Positions 1 through 7,155 of a stretch of DNA of 10,929 bases are shown piece by piece (position 1 is the first letter of the stretch; each line of letters opens with the position of its first letter). The position numbers and the translations under genes were made by a program. The stretch comes from Candidatus Sericytochromatia bacterium. Its GTDB lineage: Bacteria; Cyanobacteriota; Sericytochromatia; S15B-MN24; JAQBPE01. Under the pieces are notes generated by a model. The model saw only the letters and a list, made by a program, of their open reading frames with translations, did not search any database and was not told where the DNA came from. The DNA lies in contig JAYKHR010000009.1 in NCBI GenBank assembly GCA_035285125.1, positions 1 through 10,929 on the forward strand. Reading direction: 5' to 3'.

Positions 1-165
1 ACCCGCCTGGTTCGAGATGAGCCCACCCGCCTGGTTCGAGATGAGGCCGCCAGCCTGGTTCGAGATGAGGCCGCCAGCCTGGTTCGAGATGAGGCCGCCA
101 GCCTGGTTCGAGATGAGGCCGCCAGCCTGGTTCGAGATGAGGCCGCCAGCACCGTTGGGGATGAG
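1..165 (-). repeat. 24-bp coding tandem repeat: 6 copies of LISNQAGG (last cut by the window edge) plus one degenerate LIPNGAGG
   Basis: The core CTGGTTCGAGATGAG (+ strand) occurs at 7, 31, 55, 79, 103 and 127, an exact 24-nt period with no spacers. Confidence 0.97.
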
Positions 166-492
166 CCCCGGGATGAAGGTCTCCACGTCGAAGCCGCCGT
201 TTGACGTGCTCACGATGCCTCCAGCGCCAGCGAGGGACTGCGACCTGTCGGAGAGTACAAACTCCTCGTCCGTCAGGACGTCGAACAGGCGAAGGGAGGC
301 CCCCGCGAAGGCCCGGTCGTTTAGCGAGGCGACGCCGGTGAGCCGGAAGGTGGCGTCGGCCGGAGCGGCAGGCACCAGCGGGGCCGGGGCAGCCAGGGGC
401 CCGACGCCGTCCGGAGACGTGCCCGCAAAGCCCCCACAGCCCGTCAGGGCCACTGTGGCGGCGAGCAGGCTCGGCAGGGCTAGCTTCATCAT
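1..492 (-). CDS. Lipoprotein with tandem LISNQAGG octapeptide repeats (5' part; runs off the window edge)
   Basis: Not in the ORF track; translated by hand. ATG at 492 with GAGGTG RBS 6 nt upstream. Reads MMKLALPSLLAATVALTGCGGFAG (signal peptide II, lipobox LTGC)...FRLTGVASLNDRAFAGASLRLFDVLTDEEF...LIPNGAGG(LISNQAGG)n, open to position 1. Confidence 0.85.
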   Translation of the reverse strand, partial: MMKLALPSLLAATVALTGCGGFAGTSPDGVGPLAAPAPLVPAAPADATFRLTGVASLNDRAFAGASLRLFDVLTDEEFVLSDRSQSLAGAGGIVSTSNGGFDVETFIPGLIPNGAGGLISNQAGGLISNQAGGLISNQAGGLISNQAGGLISNQAGGLISNQAG

Positions 493-628
493 CTCATTCA
501 CCTCTTCGACGGCTGGTGCCACGCTGCGGGCGGGCGTCACCCAAACGGTAGGTTAATGGTCATGTACCACCAACGGGCCACTTCCTAAGCTCCGTGGTTT
601 TCCCGGACCTTGCCCCTGGTCACGGCCC

Positions 629-3313
629 TCAGCGATCCCGCTCACCAGTTCCCGCCACCGTGGCCTGGGCCGCCGCCAGCCTGGCGATGGGCACGCGGAA
701 CGGGCTGCAGCTGACGTAGTCGAGGCCCAGCTCATGGCAGAACGCGATAGACGAGGGCTCGCCTCCGTGCTCGCCACAGACGCCGAGCTTGATGCCATGG
801 TTCGCGGCGCGTCCCTTGTCCACGGCGATGCGCATGAGCGCGCCGACGCCCTCGCGGTCAAGCACCTCGAAGGGGTTGGCCGCCAGGATCTTGAGGTCGA
901 GGTAGCGCGTCAGGAACTTGCCCTCGGCGTCGTCCCGGCTGTAGCCGAAGGTCATCTGCGTGAGGTCGTTGGTGCCGAACGAGAAGAACTGCGCCTCGCG
1001 CGCCACCTGGTCGGCCGTCAGGGCGGCGCGCGGCAGCTCGATCATCGTGCCGAACTTGTAGTCGATGGCCTGCCCCCGCTCCGCCATGACGGTTCGGGCC
1101 ACCTGTTCGAGCTGGGTGCGCACGCGTGCGAGCTCGTTCACGTGGCCTACGAGCGGGATCATGACCTCGGGCAGCACCGCAATGCCCTCCACCGTGAGCT
1201 CGCAGGCGGCCTCGAAGATGGCGCGCACCTGCATCTCGTTGATTTCGGGGAAGGTGAGCCCCAGGCGGCAGCCGCGCAGGCCCATCATCGGGTTGGCCTC
1301 GGCGTGGCGCTCGACCTCGCGCAGCAGCTTCTCGCGGCTGGCCAGGCGGGCCGGGTCCGTGCCCTGACACTTCAGCAGCGCCACCTCCGCGATGAGCTCG
1401 CGCTCGTTCGGCAGGAACTCGTGCAGCGGTGGGTCGAGCAGGCGAATGGTGACGGGCAACCCGGCCATCGCCCGGAAGATGCCCCGGAAATCGTCCCGCT
1501 GCATGGGCAGGAGCCGGGCAAGGGCCCCCCGTCGCTCGGCCTCGGCGCGCGCCAGGATCATCTCCTGCACGACAGGAAGCCGATCCTGCGCCATGAACAT
1601 GTGCTCCGTGCGACACAGGCCGATGCCCTGAGCGCCAAACTCGCGCGCCTTGGCGGCGTCATCCGGGGTGTCGGCGTTGGCGCGGACGCCAAGGCGGCGA
1701 ATATCGTCCGCCCAGCCCATCAGCTTGCCGAACTCCCCGGACAGCTCGGGCTCGATCATGGGAACCTCGCCCGCGATCACCTCGCCCGTGCCGCCGTTGA
1801 TGCTGATCACGTCCCCCTCCCGGAACAGCCGCCCCCCCGCCCGCAGCGTCCTGGCGACGAGGTCGACCTCGATGCCCTCCGTGCCGGCCACGCAGGGCTT
1901 GCCCATGCCGCGGGCCACGACGGCGGCATGGCTGGTCATGCCGCCCCGGCTGGTGAGCACGCCCTGGGCCTGGATCATGCCGTGGATGTCGTCCGGGCAC
2001 GTCTCGATGCGCACCAGCACGACCTTCTCGCCCCGGCGACCGTGGCGCTCGGCGTCGTCCGCGTCGAAGACGATCGCCCCCGTGGCCGCCCCCGGCGAGG
2101 CCGGCAGCCCCTTGGCGATCAGGTCGAGCCTGGCGTCAGGGTCGATGCGGCGATGCAGGAGCTGGTTCAGGGCCGTGGGCTCGACGCGCATCACGGCCTC
2201 CTCGCGCGAAATGAGACCCTCCTCGGCCATCTCGACGGCCACCTTCACGGCCGCCTGCGCCGTGCGCTTGCCCGACCGGGTCTGAAGCATGTACAGCGTG
2301 CCGCGCTCCACGGTGAACTCGAGGTCTTGCATGTCGCGGTAGTGGCGCTCCAGCCGCTCCGCGATGGTGACGAACTGCGCGTAGACGTCGGGCATATCGC
2401 GCTGAAGCTCGGCGATCGGCTTGGGGGTGCGCAGCCCGGCCACCACGTCCTCGCCCTGCGCGTTCGTGAGGTACTCGCCATAGAGCAGCTTCTCGCCCGT
2501 GCTGGGGTTGCGCGTGAAGGCGACGCCCGTGCCCGAGTCGTCCCCCATGTTGCCGAACACCATCGACTGCACGTTCACAGCCGTGCCGAGGTCGTGCGGA
2601 ATCTTGTGGTGGTTGCGGTAGGTGATGGCGCGGTCGTTGTTCCAGCTTTTGAAGACGGCCTCGATCGACATCCGCAACTGGGCGCGAGGGTCTGCCGGGA
2701 AGTCGATGCCCAGATGGTTGTGGATGAGGCGCTTGTAGGCGCCGACGATCTCCTTGAGCGTCGGCGCATCGAGCTCGGTGTCGAGCTTCACGCCCAGGCG
2801 GTGCTTGAACTCCTCGAGCAGGTGCTCGAAGTGCGAGAGGCGGAAGTCGAGCACCACGTTCGAGAACATTGCGATGAAGCGCCTGTAGGCATCCCAGGCG
2901 AAGCGCGGGTTGCCCGTCAGGGCGATCAGGCCCTCGACCGTCTCGTCGTTGAGGCCAAGGTTCAGCACGGTGTCCATCATCCCGGGCATCGAGAACTTGG
3001 CGCCCGAGCGCACGGAGACCAGCAGCGGGTTTGCGCCATCGCCGAACCGCTTGCCCGTCACGGCCTCCACCTGACCCAGGGCGGTGCTCACCGCGTCCCA
3101 CAGGGCCGCCGGTGCCCGCTGCCCGAGGTCGTAGTACTCGTTGCAGACCGTCGTGGGGATGGTGAAGCCGGGGGGCACGGGCAAGCCAGCGTTGGTCATC
3201 TCGGCGAGGTTGGCGCCCTTCCCGCCAAGCAGGTCGCGCAGGGCGGCGTGGCCCTCGGCAAAGAGGTAGACGCGCTTCTGTCCCTCGCCGTGCGTGGGGC
3301 TGGCGGAGGTCAT
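629..3313 (-). CDS. ppdK: Pyruvate, phosphate dikinase (894 aa)
   Basis: Motifs LLGGKGANLAEM, LLVSVRSGA, SMPGMMDTVLNLGLN, phospho-His motif GGMTSHAAVVARG, GIGLCRTEHMF, FSFGTNDLTQ and CGEHGG. Start ATG 3313 has an AAAGGAG RBS and an ATGA overlap with the upstream stop; the 1144-aa track ORF is over-extended. Confidence 0.98.
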   Translation of the reverse strand: MTSASPTHGEGQKRVYLFAEGHAALRDLLGGKGANLAEMTNAGLPVPPGFTIPTTVCNEYYDLGQRAPAALWDAVSTALGQVEAVTGKRFGDGANPLLVSVRSGAKFSMPGMMDTVLNLGLNDETVEGLIALTGNPRFAWDAYRRFIAMFSNVVLDFRLSHFEHLLEEFKHRLGVKLDTELDAPTLKEIVGAYKRLIHNHLGIDFPADPRAQLRMSIEAVFKSWNNDRAITYRNHHKIPHDLGTAVNVQSMVFGNMGDDSGTGVAFTRNPSTGEKLLYGEYLTNAQGEDVVAGLRTPKPIAELQRDMPDVYAQFVTIAERLERHYRDMQDLEFTVERGTLYMLQTRSGKRTAQAAVKVAVEMAEEGLISREEAVMRVEPTALNQLLHRRIDPDARLDLIAKGLPASPGAATGAIVFDADDAERHGRRGEKVVLVRIETCPDDIHGMIQAQGVLTSRGGMTSHAAVVARGMGKPCVAGTEGIEVDLVARTLRAGGRLFREGDVISINGGTGEVIAGEVPMIEPELSGEFGKLMGWADDIRRLGVRANADTPDDAAKAREFGAQGIGLCRTEHMFMAQDRLPVVQEMILARAEAERRGALARLLPMQRDDFRGIFRAMAGLPVTIRLLDPPLHEFLPNERELIAEVALLKCQGTDPARLASREKLLREVERHAEANPMMGLRGCRLGLTFPEINEMQVRAIFEAACELTVEGIAVLPEVMIPLVGHVNELARVRTQLEQVARTVMAERGQAIDYKFGTMIELPRAALTADQVAREAQFFSFGTNDLTQMTFGYSRDDAEGKFLTRYLDLKILAANPFEVLDREGVGALMRIAVDKGRAANHGIKLGVCGEHGGEPSSIAFCHELGLDYVSCSPFRVPIARLAAAQATVAGTGERDR

Positions 3314-4155
3314 GTGAACAGCTCCTTTCGCTGCAGGATGGCGAGGATCTCGGAGGCCGTCTCCTCGATGGCCTTGAAGGTCACGTCCACGACGGGACAG
3401 CGGAGCCGCTTGAACAGGTCGTCCGCGTACTGGAGCTCGTCGGAGATCTTGCCGCGATCCGCGTAGGCGCTCTCGGGCGGCAGCCCCAGGTTGGCCAGGC
3501 GGCTGTTCCGGATCTCCGTGAGCAACTCCGGCTTGACCGTCAGCCCCACGATGCGCCCGGGGGGCAGTTCGAACAGCTCCCGCGGCGGATCGGCCCCGGG
3601 CACGAGCGGCACGTTGGCAGCCCGGATGCCCTGGTTCTGGGCCAGGTACATGCACGTTGGCGTCTTGGAGGTGCGCGACACGCCCAGGATGACGAGCTCG
3701 GCCTGCCTGAGGCCCTGCGGGCTCTTGCCGTCGTCGTACTTGATGGCGAAGTCGATCGCGTCCATCCGCCGGAAGTACTCCTCGTCCTTCGTGTGCAGCG
3801 CCCCGGCCTGCCGGTTGGGGGCGATGCCCGTGAGGTCGGTGATCGAGTCGAGCAGGTGGCCGAGCAGGTCGATGGTGGGGATGCGGTGACGATCGGCGGC
3901 CGCGAGAAAGGCCTCGCGCACGCCGTCCTGGACCATCGTGTAGGCGAACAGCGCCGGCCCCTGTGCAGCAGCCAGCGTGACCATGTTCTCGACCTGCTGG
4001 GCGCTGACGGCCCGCGGCAGCCGCACGACCCGGACGGGGTGGCCGGCGAACTGCGCCACACACGCCTTGGTGACGTTCTCGGCCGTCTGGCCGCTGGCGT
4101 CCGAGAGGGTGTACACGCTCAGCGGCGTGTCAGGTGTGATGGCGGTGTTGAACAC
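3310..4155 (-). CDS. ppsR: PPDK regulatory protein, bifunctional kinase/pyrophosphorylase (DUF299; PDRP/YqfL/PpsR family)
   Basis: Motifs SDASGQTA, EYFRRMDAIDFAIKYDDG, GVSRTSKTP, ANVPLV and KAIEETA. GTG start with AGGAGG RBS; translationally coupled to ppdK. Confidence 0.95.
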   Translation of the reverse strand: MFNTAITPDTPLSVYTLSDASGQTAENVTKACVAQFAGHPVRVVRLPRAVSAQQVENMVTLAAAQGPALFAYTMVQDGVREAFLAAADRHRIPTIDLLGHLLDSITDLTGIAPNRQAGALHTKDEEYFRRMDAIDFAIKYDDGKSPQGLRQAELVILGVSRTSKTPTCMYLAQNQGIRAANVPLVPGADPPRELFELPPGRIVGLTVKPELLTEIRNSRLANLGLPPESAYADRGKISDELQYADDLFKRLRCPVVDVTFKAIEETASEILAILQRKELFT

Positions 4156-4172
4156 CCGGACCTCCTCGTCGT

Positions 4173-4194
4173 GGGGTGTGACACCCCCATAATA
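4173..4194 (-). promoter_or_regulatory. Putative -10 element (TATTAT) with adjacent palindrome GGGGTGT-G-ACACCCC upstream of the PDRP-ppdK operon
   Basis: Minus-strand TATTAT at 4189-4194. Perfect 7-bp-arm palindrome at 4173-4187, between the -10 and the RBS. Confidence 0.4.
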
Positions 4195-4238
4195 CCCAAG
4201 GCGACTGTTTCCATGCCTGCTTGCCGGGGCCCCGCAAC

Positions 4239-4400
4239 CACGTCGTTGGCGGGCAGTTGCCGGAAGGCCTCCTCGACGCGAGGCCGGTCCTCTTCATCGA
4301 GCGGCTCGCTGAGCGGCAGCGTCACGGCGATCACGTCGCCGGGCGCCACCCCGGCGGCGGCGTCCGCGGCGGGCACGGAGACGCTCCCGGGCACGAGCAG
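4239..4400 (-). pseudogene. Coding-like fragment: gene remnant, or core of a short ORF 4119..4394
   Basis: 54 codons (LLVPGSVSVPAADAAAGVAPGDVIAVTLPLSEPLDEEDRPRVEEAFRQLPANDV), 50 ending in G/C. The bias is lost downstream and the frame runs over the PDRP promoter and start. Confidence 0.4.
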
Positions 4401-4556
4401 GCTCCTGCCAGCAGACCGGGTGGGACATTCTCTCTCTCCGCCGGGTCCACGAGCATCCTCCTGTCCTGCAACGGCCCAGATGATTCGGGCCAGATGCCTG
4501 AGCACCGCCTGGGCGAGAGGGCCGGAAGGGGCCGCAACCCCTGGCTCCGGGAGTGG

Positions 4557-4600
4557 ATTAAACCTAATTTACCCTTTTGATAACTAATGCTTAACCAAGG
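4557..4600 (+). promoter_or_regulatory. Four 11-bp-period direct repeats; OmpR/PhoB-type (cyanobacterial SphR Pho-box-like) binding site
   Basis: ATTAAACCTAA / TTTACCCTTTT / GATAACTAATG / CTTAACCAAGG compared with YTTAAYYW-NNN; an AT-rich island in GC-rich DNA. Confidence 0.5.
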
Positions 4601-4768
4601 ATCCTTTCCGGAGCCGCCAGCCAGCCCCCGCCACGATGGACAATGACCAAGGTGCGTGAAACGCAGCACCGGCCGGGGGCACCCGGGCAGGTGGGCTCCA
4701 GCTGCGTTGATCGACCACATCCCGCGCCCACGGTCTCCGTGGCACGACAGTCGAATCTCGAGGTTCCG

Positions 4769-5161
4769 ATGTTCTCCAAGACCCACCTACTCTCGGCGCT
4801 CGCCGCCGTCTCTTGCCTCCTCGTGGCCGCTTGCGCGACACGCGGGCCCGCTCAGTCCTCGATCCGCGGCGCTGCCCGGCTGCGTCCCGCCGATGCCAAG
4901 GTCGTCAGCTTCAAGGCTGATGTCGCGCCCCTGATGGCCGCCCGCTGCATGGGCTGCCACACCCCCGGTGGCCGTGGCTCCCGCGCCGTCGTGGTGTTCG
5001 ACGACGCCGGCCAGGTGGCCCACGCCTCGATCGCCGCGAAGGCCGACACCGTCGTGCGCGCCGTCGAGTCGGGCCGGATGCCGCCTCGCGGGCCCAAGTT
5101 CACGGAGGCCGAGCTCGCCGTGCTGCGCGGCTGGCGCGACGCGGGCGCGCCGAACAACTGA
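4769..5161 (+). CDS. Mono-haem c-type cytochrome lipoprotein (130 aa; planctomycete cytochrome c-like domain)
   Basis: GAGG RBS, signal peptide with lipobox VAAC, SFKADVAPLMAARCMGCH (CxxCH), likely distal-ligand motif GRMPP, and C-terminal LRGWRDAGAP. Confidence 0.88.
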   Translation: MFSKTHLLSALAAVSCLLVAACATRGPAQSSIRGAARLRPADAKVVSFKADVAPLMAARCMGCHTPGGRGSRAVVVFDDAGQVAHASIAAKADTVVRAVESGRMPPRGPKFTEAELAVLRGWRDAGAPNN

Positions 5162-5180
5162 TCGGCCGACCGCTCCTGCC

Positions 5181-5208
5181 CGAGGCGCCCCTTCCGAGGG
5201 GCGCCTCG
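5181..5208. terminator. Hairpin between convergent cytochrome c and fhs genes; probable bidirectional terminator
   Basis: Perfect 12-bp stem CGAGGCGCCCCT-TCCG-AGGGGCGCCTCG; no U-tract on either side. Confidence 0.65.
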
Positions 5209-5221
5209 CTGGCGTCTGGGC

Positions 5222-6916
5222 TCAGAACAGCCCGCTGATGCGCCCCTCTGCATCGAGGCCGATGCGCGTCGCGGCAGGCTCTGCCGGCAGCCCCGGCATC
5301 GTCATCACGTCGCCCGTGAGGGCCACGATGAAGCCGGCCCCCGCGGCGCCCCGCACCTCCCGGACGTGAAGCACCCAGCCGGTGGGCGCCCCGAGCCGCG
5401 TGGGGTCGTCCGAGAAGGAGGTCTGCGTCTTGGCGATGCACACCGGCGCGCGGGCAAAGCCGCAGGCGACGAGCCGGGCGAGCTCCTGCTCGGCCTGGCG
5501 CGAGAGAACGACGTCGTCGGCCCCGTAGACGCGCGTCGCGACCTTGCGCAGCTTCACGAGTGGCGTATCCTCGTCGTCATAGACGAACGCGAACCGGCTG
5601 CTGCCCGCGGCGGCGGCCGTCTGCACGGCGCGCGCGAGGACCTCGCCCCCGGCGCCGCCGCGCCCGTGGACCTCGCACAGGGCCAGCGTCGCCCCAAGGC
5701 CTTCGACGAAGCGCGTCAGCCAGGCGAGCTCGGCGTCCGTGTCGGAGGCGAAGCGGTTGAGCGCGACGACGCAGGGCAACCCATAGACCTCCTGCACGTT
5801 GCGGAGGTGGCGCTCCAGGTTCGCCGCGCCGGCCTCCAGCGCCGCCAGACTCTCCTCGTGCAGGGCCGTGCGACGCACGCCCCCGTGCATCTTCAGCGAG
5901 CGGACGGTGGCGACGAGCACCACGACGTCAGGGCGCAGGCCCGCCACGCGGCACTTGATGTCGAGGAACTTCTCGGCGCCCAGATCCGCGCCGAAGCCCG
6001 CCTCCGTCACCACCCAGTCGCCCAGCTTCAGGGCCATCCGGGTGGCGACCAGCGTGTTGCAGCCGTGGGCGATGTTCGCGAAGGGCCCCCCGTGCACCAG
6101 GGCCGGCGTGTGCTCGGTGGTCTGCACCAGGTTCGGCTTGAAGGCGTCCTTCAGCAGCACGGCCATCGCGCCGTCAGCCCCGAGCGAGCGCGCGCAGACG
6201 GGGGCCCCGTCGACGTCGAAGCCCACGATGATGTCCCCGAGGCGGCGCCGGAGGTCCGCCGCGTCGGCCGCGAGGCATAGCACCGCCATGACCTCGGACG
6301 CCGGCGTGATCATGAAGCCTGCCTGCCGGGGCACCCCGCCTGTCAAGCCACCGAGCCCGACGACGACCTCCCGCAGGGCGCGGTCGTTGACGTCCAGCAC
6401 GCGCGAGAAGGTGATGCGGCGTGGGTCGAGGCGCAGCGCATTGCCCTGGTGCAGGTGGTTGTCGATCAGCGCTGCCAGCAGGTTGTTGGCAGCCGTGACG
6501 GCGTGGAAATCGCCCGTGAAGTGCAAATTGATGTCGGCCATCGGCAGCACCTGGGCGTGCCCCCCCCCGGTGGCCCCGCCCTTCACCCCGAACACGGGCC
6601 CGAGGGAGGGCTCGCGGACGGCTGCGACGGCCCGCTCGCCGAGGCGGCAAAGGGCCTGGGACAGCCCGATCGTAACGGTGGTCTTGCCCTCCCCTGCCGG
6701 GGTGGGAGAGATGGCCGTGACCAGCACCAGCTTGCCGTCGGGCCTGCCCTGAACACGCGCCCAGGCCTCGTCCCCCAGCTTGGCCTTGTGGCGGCCGTAG
6801 AGTTCGAGGTCGTCAGGCTCCAGCCCGAGGCCGGCCGCGATGCGCGTGATGGGCTCGAGGGGCGTGGCCTCGGCGATGGCGAGGTCGTCGGGCACGCAGG
6901 GGACAGGGGTGGGCAT
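5222..6916 (-). CDS. fhs: Formate--tetrahydrofolate ligase (~564 aa)
   Basis: Motifs TAISPTPAGEGKTT, REPSLGPVFGVKGGATGGG, INLHFTGDFHA, HGGPFANIAHGCN, VTEAGFGADLGAEKF and MTMPGLP. Start placed at ATG 6916; exact start uncertain. Confidence 0.97.
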   Translation of the reverse strand: MPTPVPCVPDDLAIAEATPLEPITRIAAGLGLEPDDLELYGRHKAKLGDEAWARVQGRPDGKLVLVTAISPTPAGEGKTTVTIGLSQALCRLGERAVAAVREPSLGPVFGVKGGATGGGHAQVLPMADINLHFTGDFHAVTAANNLLAALIDNHLHQGNALRLDPRRITFSRVLDVNDRALREVVVGLGGLTGGVPRQAGFMITPASEVMAVLCLAADAADLRRRLGDIIVGFDVDGAPVCARSLGADGAMAVLLKDAFKPNLVQTTEHTPALVHGGPFANIAHGCNTLVATRMALKLGDWVVTEAGFGADLGAEKFLDIKCRVAGLRPDVVVLVATVRSLKMHGGVRRTALHEESLAALEAGAANLERHLRNVQEVYGLPCVVALNRFASDTDAELAWLTRFVEGLGATLALCEVHGRGGAGGEVLARAVQTAAAAGSSRFAFVYDDEDTPLVKLRKVATRVYGADDVVLSRQAEQELARLVACGFARAPVCIAKTQTSFSDDPTRLGAPTGWVLHVREVRGAAGAGFIVALTGDVMTMPGLPAEPAATRIGLDAEGRISGLF

Positions 6917-7039
6917 GGGCGAAACGCTCCGGGCACAGTCGGCAAGGACGCCCAACAGGATGGCCCATGCGCGCCGCCAGCGCCAGGGGCCACCCCGCCG
7001 CCAACGAGGCGCCAACAAAACCGCCGCCCGGCCTTAACC

Positions 7040-7058
7040 CTTTAACAACCTGTCAAAG
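7040..7058. promoter_or_regulatory. Operator-like palindrome CTTTAACA-N3-TGTCAAAG in the divergent fhs / SPM-gene-1 intergenic region
   Basis: 8-bp arms with one mismatch, AT-rich; the half-site TGTTAAAG recurs at 8461-8468 upstream of paralogue 2. Confidence 0.45.
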
Positions 7059-7155
7059 CTGCGTGTGGCTTTCGTTCGTTCCCGCACCTGCCTCCCGCGG
7101 CCCACCGATGAGGTCTGCACAGCGCCCACCCCCCAACCGTGGAGGACCCGTCCCG

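Noticed and set aside
1..165. CRISPR array
   Set aside because: The repeats are contiguous with no spacers, in frame and coding; no cas genes in the window.
17..556. + strand 179-aa ORF with RPPAWFEM repeats
   Set aside because: Antisense shadow of the minus-strand lipoprotein, which has an RBS, a lipobox and normal codon bias.
550..557. ATTAACCT (minus strand) as a Pho box upstream of the repeat lipoprotein
   Set aside because: Single unit with no convincing phased neighbour.
734..3466. 910-aa + strand ORF, and other long overlapping ORFs (5366..6280, 7042..8376, 8463..9635)
   Set aside because: Stop-poor antisense or alternate frames expected in high-GC coding DNA; no recognisable motifs.
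3314..4063. 250-aa N-terminal extension or fusion on PPDK
   Set aside because: Off-frame read-through of the PDRP gene; a strong RBS and ATGA coupling place the start at 3313.
4640..4760. c-di-GMP-type riboswitch in the cytochrome leader
   Set aside because: Only short hairpins; the conserved GGCAAAC/GACGCAAAGC-type elements are missing.
5222..6916. Wood-Ljungdahl pathway inferred from fhs
   Set aside because: No acs, cooS, folD or metF in the window; the purine-gene context explains fhs.
6917..7039. ZMP/ZTP or THF riboswitch upstream of fhs
   Set aside because: I could not find the conserved ZTP elements (GACUGGCG...CGCCUGGGC) or a THF aptamer by eye; an Infernal search would be decisive.
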